A stretch of DNA of 60,234 bases, counting the filler, from an uncultured bacterium (GTDB lineage: Bacteria > Latescibacterota > UBA2968), in the NCBI GenBank assembly GCA_964471275.1. It is 2 parts of 2 records of this genome, joined end to end, with 100 filler letters (N's around TTAATTAATTAA, not from the genome) between each part and the next. Parts side by side here need not be neighbours in the genome. Positions count along the whole stretch, not along the records: positions 1 to 30,768 come from CAYYGZ010000023.1; 1 more part is not named here. One strand, given 5' to 3'. Below the pieces are notes generated by a model. That model had not been told where the DNA came from and did no database searches. It saw only the letters and a list, made by a program, of their open reading frames with translations. Below are positions 8,929 through 18,836 of this stretch, piece after piece; positions within the stretch are counted from its first letter, which is position 1; each line of letters starts with the position of its first letter. Position numbers and translations under genes: made by a program.

Positions 8929-11072
8929 CTCAACGGGTCCAATCGACGGCGAATGGCCTCGGCCGTAGAGGTAGCGCCTGTCCAATTCTCCAGGAAGGTC
9001 TCGTATGCCACAACGGCACCACTTGTGTCGCCGCTGGCGAGCCGGAGTTCCCCGATGTTGTAGTAGACCGGTGCGTAACCTTCGTTCAGACGTGTAACGC
9101 GATCGAAGCTGGTAGCGGCGGCTTCCCAGTGTCCCTGTTTCTGATGGATGACACCCTCCCGGTAATGTAGAGCATAGTTGCCTGGGTGATCCTGGAGGAT
9201 CCTCGAGATCGCCAGATGAGCGCGGTCGAAATCTCCCAACCTTTCGTAGTGGCTCACCAGCTCCAAGGCGATATCGGTGCGCTCGGGCGCCTTTCCAACT
9301 GCCGACTCCAGCTGGCGAGTCGCTTCTTCGGATCGGCCCAGACCGACATAGGCACGCGCGAGATTCACGTGCTGCTCGATGTGGCTCGGCCTCAGCTCTG
9401 CGATACGATCAAGGGTCCGGATTGCGTCCGGGTAGCGTCCGGCGGCGTTCAACGACATGCCGAGGTTATTGATCGCATTGACCAGGTAGGGATGGTAGGT
9501 CAGACACGCTTCCTGATCCTGAATCGCCAGATCATAACGCCCACTCAGATGGTGAGACAGCCCTCGCAAGAGGAGGATCTGCGGATCGAAGATACCCAGG
9601 GCAAGCGCCTGGGTTCCGAGACTCACTCCGCCTTCCCAATCCCGGCGCTCGATGGCCCGTGTCTGGCGAAAAGCCAACCGATCGAATGTCACGGCACGCC
9701 AGAGAAGTGAGGCCGAGGCGAGGTGGGCGATGGCCAATGTGATCCAGATGATCCTCGTGGTGCCAGGCGATGAAGTCAACACACGTGTGTGCGGGTCGTG
9801 AAGGACCAGGACGGCGAGTGCCAGGGAGGCAGCGAAGGTCACTGAAATCCGCTCCAGAGGGAAGCTGAACGTCGCGTGCGCGGCGATGGCTGTGAGCGCG
9901 CCAACCGCAGCCAATACCTGCAGGAAGGCGGCACGATCGCGACCCGATCTGGCAGCGCGAGTGGCCACCCGTATCGCGGCAACCAGCAGCCACAGGAAGA
10001 GCCCGAATCCCAGTAGACCCGTCTCTGCCGGTATCCACAGGTAATCGTTATGTGGGCGTCTTGGTGTGGACCCCGTCCAGGTAACAGAACCCCTGTCGAA
10101 CTCCGGGTAGGCGTACTGCCAGTTGCCAATACCGACGCCGAGGAATGGTGCAGCCAGGATCATATCCACCGTGTGACCCCAGATCTTGAAACGATGCTTG
10201 TCGGAACCTTCCTTGAATATTGACGTGATCGTGCTTTCCAGCGTCATTTTTTCGACGCTGTGCGTTTCATATCCAGTTGTTCCCATTCCGGGCCTGACCA
10301 GAGCTGAAAACCCCAGAGCAGCCACAGCGGCGAGAGCCACGAGCAGGCTGGATTGCCGCCATCTGGGCAGGGCAAGGGCTTCCTGTTTGGCCCTGCTTCT
10401 CCAGAGGGCGAGACCCAGACACAAAAGGGTCGAGACTGCACACGCCCCCCAGGCCGACCGTGACCGTGACGCCAGAAGGAACGCGCTATTCATTGCGAGT
10501 GCGGCGGTCCAGAGATACTTAAGCGCGGTCTGGGGCGACCTGACCAGTTCGGCAAGAACTACCGGGATTGCGACGATTGTTAGGGCGGCGGCGAAGTTGC
10601 GGTAACCCAGGGTGGCACTCGGCATACCGGATGAAGCGATATTCAGTCCGGCCAACCCGGCGTACTGGGCAATACCCAGAGCCGATATCAGCACGCTGAC
10701 GATGCCGAGGGACTGGTAGATGCCGGTGATGTGTCGACGATGCAGGAGCGATGCAGCAAGGAGAAAGGCAGTTAGCAGGGAAAGCCGATGGGATAGCACG
10801 ACAACGGACTCAACCCTGTTGACAGCCTGGGTGACAGACAGGATGTGGATCAGGATGAGGGTCACAGCCGGGAGCAACAGGGGGCTGGCAGGTGTCGGGA
10901 CTCCTGACCCAAAAGCCAGGAACGCAAGTACAGTAAGCCCGGAATGAAGAACAAGCAGCTTCGGATAGTAGCCGGGATTCACCGACTCCGAAAGGATTAC
11001 AAGAGGGATCCCGATCAGCATCACCTTCAGTATCGATGCCGGGAGGGTTGAGGAAAGCGCGCGGTCACTCAC
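8925..11072 (-). CDS. O-antigen ligase (Wzy_C)-like membrane protein with C-terminal TPR repeats (second paralog)
   Basis: ATLGYRNF, SRSAWG, PFLGVGIGNW, PHNDYLW; TPR helices at C-terminus. Confidence 0.85.
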   Translation of the reverse strand: MSDRALSSTLPASILKVMLIGIPLVILSESVNPGYYPKLLVLHSGLTVLAFLAFGSGVPTPASPLLLPAVTLILIHILSVTQAVNRVESVVVLSHRLSLLTAFLLAASLLHRRHITGIYQSLGIVSVLISALGIAQYAGLAGLNIASSGMPSATLGYRNFAAALTIVAIPVVLAELVRSPQTALKYLWTAALAMNSAFLLASRSRSAWGACAVSTLLCLGLALWRSRAKQEALALPRWRQSSLLVALAAVAALGFSALVRPGMGTTGYETHSVEKMTLESTITSIFKEGSDKHRFKIWGHTVDMILAAPFLGVGIGNWQYAYPEFDRGSVTWTGSTPRRPHNDYLWIPAETGLLGFGLFLWLLVAAIRVATRAARSGRDRAAFLQVLAAVGALTAIAAHATFSFPLERISVTFAASLALAVLVLHDPHTRVLTSSPGTTRIIWITLAIAHLASASLLWRAVTFDRLAFRQTRAIERRDWEGGVSLGTQALALGIFDPQILLLRGLSHHLSGRYDLAIQDQEACLTYHPYLVNAINNLGMSLNAAGRYPDAIRTLDRIAELRPSHIEQHVNLARAYVGLGRSEEATRQLESAVGKAPERTDIALELVSHYERLGDFDRAHLAISRILQDHPGNYALHYREGVIHQKQGHWEAAATSFDRVTRLNEGYAPVYYNIGELRLASGDTSGAVVAYETFLENWTGATSTAEAIRRRLDPLR

Positions 11073-11401
11073 GCAGACGGTCCCGACTTCGTATCGCTCT
11101 TGCGAGCCAACTTCTCTGCGTGCTCCTTGACCACCTCGGTGGGGCTGAATTTGACGAGATTGTGCAGGCCGACGAGATAGATGACAATGTCCTCCACGAA
11201 CCCCAGCGGGGGCAGTATGGCTTCGGGGATCAGATCAAAAGGAGAGACGACGTATACCAGTATGCCCGCGTAAACAGCCTTCAGGTGCCAGGGGACACGC
11301 AGGTCGTACATGAGTCGGAAAGACAGACGGACGTACTGCGGCAGTCTGGCGACGATAGCGAACATGCCTTTGAGAGGCAGGCGTGAGATAGGGATGCGCA
11401 T
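11069..11401 (-). CDS. DUF1232 (YkvA-like) membrane protein
   Basis: YVVSPFDLIPE...LGFVED motif. Confidence 0.85.
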   Translation of the reverse strand: MRIPISRLPLKGMFAIVARLPQYVRLSFRLMYDLRVPWHLKAVYAGILVYVVSPFDLIPEAILPPLGFVEDIVIYLVGLHNLVKFSPTEVVKEHAEKLARKSDTKSGPSA

Positions 11402-11421
11402 TTCGTTGGTGGCCGGCCGGG

Positions 11422-13062
11422 TCAGGCAGGCGGGTTCTGCAGCAGAAGTTCACGTAATCGACTGCGCTGCACCTTGCCCGTGGATGTCTTGGGTAACGCG
11501 TCGGCTTCGTAAGGGATGACGGTCTGAGGCGCCTCGTAGGCACTCAGCCCCGGGATCTCACCGGATAGTCCTCGACGGCAAAGGGTCCCGGCGACTGTCT
11601 CCTGATCGGTAGCCAACACCGAGTCCTGAAAGACAATGACGGAGCAGATCTCTTCGCCCCAGCGTTCCGAGGGCAGACCGACGACGTATGCTGCGGAGAT
11701 CTCCGGTGTGGACTCCACGAGGGCATTCTCGATCGCGATGGGTGAGATGTTCACGCCGCCCTTTATGATGATCTCCTTGGCGCGTCCGTGGATGAAATAG
11801 TAGCGCTCACCCTTTATCGATCGCCAGAAACCGATGTCGCCTGTACGAAACCATTTGTCCGTGAACGACTCCCGGGTGGCCTTCTCCTGATTCAGGTATC
11901 CATTCGCAACGACGGGCCCGCTCACCAGGATCTCACCGAGTTCACCTTCCTGGGGATCATCGGCAATTGCCACGTTACAGTTGGCGAGCTCTCTGCCGAT
12001 GCTGTTCATCTCAAGCAGCTGCCGGTAAGTCTCGGTGTCCAGATCCGGGGGGACCCCGGTGACTCGCAAGCTGACCTCGGTCGATCCGTATCCCTGGGTG
12101 AGCGGTATCCCAAAGCGATCCACGAAGCGACACGCCGCTCCCGAAGGAACAGGGGCAGAGCCGATCATGATCTTCCGAAGGTGGCTTTGCACACCGTTGG
12201 CGGGTTCGGATTCGGCGGAGTTCAAGTCGTGCAAGATTGTCGGCACGATGCTTGTGGCGGTGACACGCTCCTCCTCTATCACCGGCCAGAATCGGTGCAG
12301 AGAGTAGCGCGAGTTCAGCACCAGTGACCCACCGACCATCAACATTGTCAGGGAAAAGACGGTCGAGTTGACGTGGTGAAGTGGCAGCACCAGGCTGAGC
12401 CGGTCTGTCTCGTCGAAGCACAACCATTTGTTGATGCCATCAGCATTGCTGGCCAAGCTCTGTCGGGTCAAACAGGAGCCTTTCGGTGCCCCCGTAGTAC
12501 CCGAAGTGTAGAGAACGATGTTCGTGTGCTTTTCGAGTTCAGGCGTGCCACTCCAGGACGGTTCCATGTCCGCATCGCTGCCGGATCCACCATCAAGTAG
12601 ATCTTCCACGGCGATGACACGATGATCAGGGAGCACGCCACTCTCTTTCTCAACGCTCTCTGCGAGAGCACAGATGAGGCGAGATCCGGAGTCTGTGACC
12701 TTGAACTGCTTGCGGTCTGGTGTGTCGCGCTTCAGGTCCAGGGGCACGGATGTCGCACCGAGTCTGAAGAGGGCGAGCGTGAGGAGAGGAGTCTCGATGC
12801 AGTTGGGGAGGGCGATCGAGACGCAGTCACCCGGTTCTATACCGTAGTGATGGTGGAACGAGCCGGCAATTTCCCCCGTAATGCGATCGAGATCGGCGTA
12901 GGTCAGCGAGGTCCGCCTGTCAGAATCGGCATCGCGGAAGATGAGTGCATCCTTGTCACCCCATTCGGCTGCACGTGTCTGCAGAAGTTCGGTGAAGTTC
13001 GCCCAGGGAAACCGGTAGGTGTGCGGACGCCCCTGTTTTCGGCAGGTCAGGATGTCAGACAA
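11422..13062 (-). CDS. Class I adenylate-forming enzyme (acyl-CoA ligase family)
   Basis: YTSGTTGAPKG, GYGSTE, FRTGDIG, GRAKEIIIKGG, PKTSTGKV. Confidence 0.9.
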   Translation of the reverse strand: MSDILTCRKQGRPHTYRFPWANFTELLQTRAAEWGDKDALIFRDADSDRRTSLTYADLDRITGEIAGSFHHHYGIEPGDCVSIALPNCIETPLLTLALFRLGATSVPLDLKRDTPDRKQFKVTDSGSRLICALAESVEKESGVLPDHRVIAVEDLLDGGSGSDADMEPSWSGTPELEKHTNIVLYTSGTTGAPKGSCLTRQSLASNADGINKWLCFDETDRLSLVLPLHHVNSTVFSLTMLMVGGSLVLNSRYSLHRFWPVIEEERVTATSIVPTILHDLNSAESEPANGVQSHLRKIMIGSAPVPSGAACRFVDRFGIPLTQGYGSTEVSLRVTGVPPDLDTETYRQLLEMNSIGRELANCNVAIADDPQEGELGEILVSGPVVANGYLNQEKATRESFTDKWFRTGDIGFWRSIKGERYYFIHGRAKEIIIKGGVNISPIAIENALVESTPEISAAYVVGLPSERWGEEICSVIVFQDSVLATDQETVAGTLCRRGLSGEIPGLSAYEAPQTVIPYEADALPKTSTGKVQRSRLRELLLQNPPA

Positions 13063-13072
13063 ACTTGACCTT

Positions 13073-14152
13073 TCAGGGAGAGATTGCCTTCTGCCGGAGA
13101 TGATGGTCCACGAGCACGAGTGATACCATCGCTTCTACCATAGGTACGGCTCTCGGGAGGACACACGGGTCGTGACGTCCCCTTCCCTTGAGGACCGTTT
13201 CGTTGCCATCGACGTCGACGGTCTTTTGCTCCTGAAGGATCGTGGCCGTCGGTTTGAATGCGACTCGAAGTACGATGTCCTCTCCGTTTGAAATGCCGCC
13301 CTGGATACCGCCCGACCGATTGGTCGCGGTCCGGATCCGCCCGTCCTTTTTGATGAAAGCATCGTTGTGCTCTGAGCCGGTCATGTCCAACCCGCGAAAC
13401 CCGGATCCGACCTCGAAACCCTTGCTGGCCGGGAGAGACATAAGGGCCTTGGCCAGATCCGCCTCAAGCTTGTCGAATACCGGTTCGCCGAGCCCTGTGG
13501 GTACGTTTCGGGCTACGACTTCGACAACACCACCCAACGAATCACCCTCCTTGCGGGCCGTATCGATGCGTTCGATCATCTGTTCCGCCGCCGCAGGGTC
13601 GGGACAGCGAACGATGTTCTCGTCGACCTGTTCACGGGTCACTGTCTCAGAGTCGATTTTCGTCATGATCCCTTGCACTCGGGTCACGTAGGCTACGATC
13701 TCGACATCGTGCGCCTGTTTCAGAATCTTCTTCGCGATTGCCCCCGAAGCCACCCGGCCTATCGTCTCACGGGCGCTTGCCCGGCTACCGCCCATCCAGT
13801 TTCGAATGCCATATTTGGCATCATACGTGTAGTCCGCGTGCGAAGGACGATACTTGACCTTGATCTCTTCGTAGTCCTTGGACCGCGCATCCCTGTTCCA
13901 GACAAGCAAGCTGATCGGTGTGCCGAGTGTCTTTCCCTCGAAGAGGCCGGACACAATTTCGACGCGATCGTCCTCGTCCCGCTGGGTCGTGATCCGGCTC
14001 TGACCGGGCTTTCTGCGATCCAGCTCGATCTGGATCTCGTCCGTGGTGATCTCGAGATTCGGCGGACAGCCATCCACGACAACGCCGACGCCACCCCCGT
14101 GAGATTCGCCCCACGTGGTGATCCGAAACAAATGTCCAATGGTGCTTCCCAT
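13073..14152 (-). CDS. aroC: Chorismate synthase
   Basis: TWGESHG, RPSHAD, SARET, GGISNG, GRHDPCV. Confidence 0.98.
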   Translation of the reverse strand: MGSTIGHLFRITTWGESHGGGVGVVVDGCPPNLEITTDEIQIELDRRKPGQSRITTQRDEDDRVEIVSGLFEGKTLGTPISLLVWNRDARSKDYEEIKVKYRPSHADYTYDAKYGIRNWMGGSRASARETIGRVASGAIAKKILKQAHDVEIVAYVTRVQGIMTKIDSETVTREQVDENIVRCPDPAAAEQMIERIDTARKEGDSLGGVVEVVARNVPTGLGEPVFDKLEADLAKALMSLPASKGFEVGSGFRGLDMTGSEHNDAFIKKDGRIRTATNRSGGIQGGISNGEDIVLRVAFKPTATILQEQKTVDVDGNETVLKGRGRHDPCVLPRAVPMVEAMVSLVLVDHHLRQKAISP

Positions 14153-14192
14153 TTTGCGGTAAGTCTTCTGTTAGGCGGGTTTAGGGTCCGCC

Positions 14193-14221
14193 AATTTACT
14201 GAATTGACCCATGGGGGTCAA
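14193..14221 (-). promoter_or_regulatory. Putative sigma70 promoter for the aroC operon, overlapping an 18-bp inverted repeat
   Basis: Minus strand TTGACC-N17-TAAATT; TTGACCC-atgg-GGGTCAA at 14204-14221. Confidence 0.55.
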
Positions 14222-14243
14222 GAGGATCGCAAATGTGGGCATC

Positions 14244-14272
14244 TTGACACTTCAGAAGCCCCCGACTATCTT
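14244..14272 (+). promoter_or_regulatory. Putative sigma70 promoter for the creatininase-family gene
   Basis: TTGACA-N17-TATCTT, 32 nt upstream of GTG. Confidence 0.65.
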
Positions 14273-14304
14273 GCTTCGCATTCTGACCAACGGACGAGGT
14301 TTGC

Positions 14305-15078
14305 GTGGCATATTCAGGCATACTGGAAGAGATGACCATTGACAACGTTCGGGATCTTGGCCCGAACGTCTGTGTTTTTCCTGTCGGTTCGACAGAGCCC
14401 CACGGTCCCGCGCTGCCCTACGGGACGGACAGCTTCCAGGTACAGGCGACCAGCTATGGGGGGACGCGGAAAGCCAACGAATCGGGCGGTCGAGTCCTCT
14501 GCTTCCCGACCCAGAGAGTCAGCCTTAACAACAACTTCAGGGCGTTCCCTTTTGCATGCCGAATGCAGGTTCCGACCTTCATGGCGCTCCTGAAGGACCT
14601 GGTCGAAATGTGTGAGGCCGAAGGCGTGAAGCGGTTTGTGTTTGTGAACGGGCACGGTGGGAATCCGGACGTGATCCGTGCCGTTCAGCGTGACCTTGCC
14701 GCGAAGGACGGGATCTTTACCTGTCTGATCAGTTCCACCTCGTGCGCGTCCGAAGAAGCGGTGGCCGTGTGGGAGCATCGGAGTGACCACGCCGGTGAGG
14801 AAGAGACCTCTCAGGTGATGCACCTTCGACCTGAACTTGTTCGTGAGGATCGCATCACGGACAATCCACAAAACCTGCCCTCGGTCGAAGCGATCAACGA
14901 ATTTGGTGTGGATTTCGTGAGGCCCTGGCACCTCTACATCCCGGCTGCAGCAGGCGGGAATGCGACGAAGTCTACCGCCGAGAAAGGCCGGATTGTGATC
15001 GAATCAGCGATCGACGGGATGGGACGGCTCTTTTCTGAGCTGTCTCTGGCATCCGATACGGAAGACTTCCCCTACTAA
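14305..15078 (+). CDS. Creatininase family amidohydrolase
   Basis: PVGSTEPHGPALPYGTD, NGHGGN, DHAGEEETS. Confidence 0.9.
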   Translation: MAYSGILEEMTIDNVRDLGPNVCVFPVGSTEPHGPALPYGTDSFQVQATSYGGTRKANESGGRVLCFPTQRVSLNNNFRAFPFACRMQVPTFMALLKDLVEMCEAEGVKRFVFVNGHGGNPDVIRAVQRDLAAKDGIFTCLISSTSCASEEAVAVWEHRSDHAGEEETSQVMHLRPELVREDRITDNPQNLPSVEAINEFGVDFVRPWHLYIPAAAGGNATKSTAEKGRIVIESAIDGMGRLFSELSLASDTEDFPY

Positions 15079-15097
15079 CCTGGCGTCGGGTGCATCA

Positions 15098-15316
15098 AAG
15101 GCAGGATTGAGTTGCCTTGTGATTTCGCCCACCGATCTTCCTGAGCAGGCACGATGCAGATCGGCAGCCGGCAGCAATGAAAGCAGTGTTGCCGAATCGG
15201 TGGTTACGCTTGTCATACTGACCTTCCGCCGGTCGCCCTTCGATAAGACGTGCAGATTCCCCTGCTGTATCCGGAAGCAGGGATCTGTTTGGTGACGAAG
15301 TCACTCAGGTCGAACG
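15098..15316. repeat. Cluster of intergenic hairpins / REP-like palindromes
   Basis: CCACCGAT/ATCGGTGG (15129/15196), CGGCAGCA/TGTTGCCG (15169/15187), CCCTGCT/AGCAGGG (15260/15276) inside a longer imperfect stem. Confidence 0.45.
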
Positions 15317-15360
15317 AGGGCATGCCTCATCGATCTGAAGCGAGAATTCGAGGCAGATTA

Positions 15361-16458
15361 ATGATCACCTGTAGGGATCTGGGCGTTCAGCCGTTCATCA
15401 ACGCCAGCGGTACGATCACGACTCTCGGTGGCAGCCTGATGTCGGAGGACGTGCTGAAGACGATGAATGAAGCGGCCCGTTCCTTCGTCGATCTGAACCG
15501 ACTTAACGTCGAGGCCGGCACATACCTGGCTGAGCGAATCGGCGTCGAGGCCGCCTTCATTTCCTGCGGGGCGGCAAGCGGCGTTCAACTTTCGGCCGCC
15601 GCCTGTCTGACCGGCACGGATCCAGAGCGGGTGAAGTCCCTGCCTCGGACCGAGGGCTGGGTGCGCGAATTTGTCATCAGCTCCGTGGACCCTCACGCCT
15701 ACATCCATCAGGGAATTGAGATATGCGGAGGAACACTCGTGCGGGCGGGCAACCGGGAGGAGGTGACAGCCAAGGACATCCTGGACGAGGTGGGGGACAA
15801 TACGGCCGCGGTCGTGCATTTTCTCGGCCGACAGAGTCGTAAGCAGCTTGCCGAAGTCATCGCCGGTTGCGAAGACCGACGCGTTCCCGTGATGGTAGAT
15901 GCGGCCGCCCAGTTGCCTCCCCGGTCCAACCTTGTGGACATTGTGGGAATGGGTGCAAGTCTCGTGAGTTTTAGTGGCGGTAAAGGGATGCGGGGCCCGC
16001 AGAGCAGTGGACTGGTTGTCGGTAAGGCTGAGTATGTCGAGGCTGTGCGCATGAACGCGAGCCCAAACAGCGGAATTGGTCGTGGGATGAAAGTCGGTAA
16101 GGAAGAGATTCTTGGGCTCGTTGCGGCGGTCGATCTGTTCCTGAAGGGGACGGACGAGAGTGATCGCTCAACCTGGGACCGACAGATGCGCTGTGTTGCC
16201 GATGCTCTACAGGACAGTGTCGGTGTTCGAGCAGAAGTGCTCGGGGATGGCCAGCCTGCTATGCCCGACTTTGCGCCGAGAGCCTACATCGCGTTCAATG
16301 ATCCCGACCGGATTAAGGCCGTGATGACTGATTTGCGGGAGGGTGAGCCATCCATCGTCGTGAGGCGATCCGAAAACCGGATTGTCGTTGATCCTATGAC
16401 CTTGCTTCCTGGCGAAGAGAGAATTGTCGCCGAGCGATTGAGGAGTCTTCTGAGATGA
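15361..16458 (+). CDS. SelA-related PLP-dependent enzyme (DgaE-like ammonia-lyase family)
   Basis: INASGTITTLGGS, VDAAAQLPP, PLP lysine in FSGGKGMRGPQ, GRGMKVGKEE. Confidence 0.85.
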   Translation: MITCRDLGVQPFINASGTITTLGGSLMSEDVLKTMNEAARSFVDLNRLNVEAGTYLAERIGVEAAFISCGAASGVQLSAAACLTGTDPERVKSLPRTEGWVREFVISSVDPHAYIHQGIEICGGTLVRAGNREEVTAKDILDEVGDNTAAVVHFLGRQSRKQLAEVIAGCEDRRVPVMVDAAAQLPPRSNLVDIVGMGASLVSFSGGKGMRGPQSSGLVVGKAEYVEAVRMNASPNSGIGRGMKVGKEEILGLVAAVDLFLKGTDESDRSTWDRQMRCVADALQDSVGVRAEVLGDGQPAMPDFAPRAYIAFNDPDRIKAVMTDLREGEPSIVVRRSENRIVVDPMTLLPGEERIVAERLRSLLR

Positions 16459-17123
16459 GAGATTACTGGCGAGTTGGATTCATCACGATGACCTGTGCGG
16501 TCTTTCTGGGTGCAGGCGAAAAGGAGCAACACGTGATCTGGAACCTGGACAATCTGGAAGAGATCGGTGGTCACAAGGTGACCGTTGAGGGTGATCCAAA
16601 GGTGATTGATACACCCCACGGCAAAGCGATCGAGTTCGATGGTGTGGATGATGGGATTTTCTTCGATGTCCATCCATTGGCCGGTATGACGGAGTTTACG
16701 GTGGAGGTGATCTTTCAGCCCTATGCGGACGGTCTCGAGGAACAGAGGTTCTTCCATATGCAAGAGCACGGCACGTCCGAACGCGTGATGTTCGAGACCC
16801 GTCTGACCGACGACAACCTGTGGTATATCGACACTTTTATGCAGACAGGCGGACAGAACAACACGATGCTTGCGATTGGCGACAAACACGAGTTGGGACC
16901 GTGGTATCACGCGGCAATTGTCGTCGACGGGAAGACGTTCAAGCACTATGTGAATGGACGGATGGAACTTGGCAAGGAGGTCGTGTTCACCCCCCAGAAG
17001 CCCGGGCAGACGTCACTCGGTGTTCGGTTGAACAAGGTCTACTGGTATAAGGGCGCGATACGGAAGGCGCGCTTTACACCCAGGGCGATATCACCGTCTG
17101 AATTCCTGACGGCGGAAGACTAG
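16455..17123 (+). CDS. Secreted LamG/concanavalin A-like domain protein
   Basis: AIEFDGVDD, FTVEV, WYHAAIVVDG...YVNG; N-terminal hydrophobic stretch. Confidence 0.8.
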   Translation: MRDYWRVGFITMTCAVFLGAGEKEQHVIWNLDNLEEIGGHKVTVEGDPKVIDTPHGKAIEFDGVDDGIFFDVHPLAGMTEFTVEVIFQPYADGLEEQRFFHMQEHGTSERVMFETRLTDDNLWYIDTFMQTGGQNNTMLAIGDKHELGPWYHAAIVVDGKTFKHYVNGRMELGKEVVFTPQKPGQTSLGVRLNKVYWYKGAIRKARFTPRAISPSEFLTAED

Positions 17124-17139
17124 ACAGAGGGTTCTGCAT

Positions 17140-17162
17140 CGCCCTGCGTCAGGCTCAGGGCG
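17140..17162. repeat. REP-like palindrome / possible terminator
   Basis: CGCCCTG-cgtcaggct-CAGGGCG just after the LamG stop. Confidence 0.4.
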
Positions 17163-17286
17163 GGCTTTGGCGCGGAGGCGTGAAGTAGTGTCAAGCGAGG
17201 TGAGATTCTTGGTATTCGTCTCTGGTGTCGTGGGCGCAAGCCTACGGACGGATCGTGTTCTGGTGGTCCATTCTTCAGATTGAGGG

Positions 17287-18732
17287 TTGCTGCGCGTGTC
17301 AGTCAAGATCAACGACGTTCAGATGCACGTGCTGAATATGAGGACGCGCTTTCCGTTTAAATACGGGATCGCGTCACTTGTGGCTCTGCCGCACCTGTTC
17401 GTCCGGTTGGACACCGAGGTGGATGGTGTGTCCTCGGTTGGTCTCTCTGCTGACGGGCTACCACCCAAGTGGTTCACGAAGAATCCGGAGGCACCGTTCG
17501 AGGCTGATCTCGATGAAATGCTGGCTGTGATTCGGAATGCTGCCCGGATCGCCGGTGAAATCACCGAAGTAGGTACTGCTTTCGATCTCTGGCAGACTCT
17601 TTACCAGAGTCAGGAGGCGTGGGCCGAATCGACGTCATATCCGCCCCTTCTCTGGGCGTTTGGTGTGAGCCTGCTGGAGCGAGCGGTAATCGACGCTGTT
17701 TGCAGGGCCAAGGGATCAAGCCTGGGCGAGGCCGTACGCAACGGCGCTCTCGGGATTCGGCTTGCAGCGATACACCCCGAGTTCGAAGAGAAGCGGCCGT
17801 TCGAATACTTGGCCGGACGGCCACTTCGATCCATTCGGGTTCGGCATACCGTGGGATTGGCCGATCCTTTGACGGCATCCGACATACCGGAGGACGAAAC
17901 GCTCACAGACGGTTTGCCACAGTCGCTGGAAGATAATATCGGCGTTTACGGGTTGACCCACCTGAAGATCAAGCTGTGCGGGGATGCCGATGTGGACCGA
18001 GCCCGTCTCAGGTGCATCGCAGCCCTGATGGATGGTCGTGAATGCCGGTTCACGCTCGACGGGAACGAGCAGTACACTGAGTTGACGCCGTTCCGCGATC
18101 TGTGGGAGGCTATTCGGTCAGATAATGAGCTGGACACTTTTCTGCAGGGCCTGATTTTTGTCGAGCAACCGCTGCACCGCGAAGTGGCGTTGAGCGATGA
18201 GACGCGGTCGGTTCTGTCCGCGTGGGATGAATGTCCACCGATGATCATCGATGAGTCTGACGGAAGCCTGGACAGCTCGAGGCGCGCACTGGAGTGCGGG
18301 TATGTCGGCACGAGTCACAAGAACTGCAAAGGTGTCTTCAAGGGGATTGCGAATGCCTGCCTGATGGCCAAGCGGCAGGAGGAAACAGGAAGGGGACACG
18401 TACTCAGTAGCGAGGATCTGGCGAATGTAGGGCCTGTGGCGCTCACGCAGGATCTGGCAGTACTCGCCACACTCGGAATCACGCATTCGGAGAGAAATGG
18501 TCATCACTACTTTTCCGGACTGAGCATGTTTCCAGACGACGTGCAGGAGCAGATCACCAACAGTCACGGCTCTCTCTACCGCTCGATTGGATCATTTCCG
18601 GCACTCGCGGTCAAAGACGGAGCCCTGGATGTTTCGAGCGTTGTGGATGCGCCCTTCGGGTATGACTTCACGCTGGATACGACCCGTTACACACCTCTCG
18701 CCGACTGGTCATCGGAATCCCTGTTGATCTAG
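17287..18732 (+). CDS. Enolase-superfamily-like protein of unknown substrate
   Basis: LKIKL, TLDGNEQY, FVEQPL, IIDESD metal-ligand pattern; start could be 17296. Confidence 0.7.
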   Translation: MLRVSVKINDVQMHVLNMRTRFPFKYGIASLVALPHLFVRLDTEVDGVSSVGLSADGLPPKWFTKNPEAPFEADLDEMLAVIRNAARIAGEITEVGTAFDLWQTLYQSQEAWAESTSYPPLLWAFGVSLLERAVIDAVCRAKGSSLGEAVRNGALGIRLAAIHPEFEEKRPFEYLAGRPLRSIRVRHTVGLADPLTASDIPEDETLTDGLPQSLEDNIGVYGLTHLKIKLCGDADVDRARLRCIAALMDGRECRFTLDGNEQYTELTPFRDLWEAIRSDNELDTFLQGLIFVEQPLHREVALSDETRSVLSAWDECPPMIIDESDGSLDSSRRALECGYVGTSHKNCKGVFKGIANACLMAKRQEETGRGHVLSSEDLANVGPVALTQDLAVLATLGITHSERNGHHYFSGLSMFPDDVQEQITNSHGSLYRSIGSFPALAVKDGALDVSSVVDAPFGYDFTLDTTRYTPLADWSSESLLI

Positions 18733-18836
18733 AAGAGCCAAGCTGCGAAGATGACACGTTAGCAGGGAATCCCAGTTAGGTCGGAGGTGACTCTGAGCAG
18801 CGGCGCTGTCGCTACGTGCCGATTGGATCAAGTTCT

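Noticed and set aside
15361..16458. True selenocysteine synthase selA
   Set aside because: Shorter than SelA, lacks its N-terminal domain, motifs fit the DgaE-like group, and no selB/selC/selD nearby
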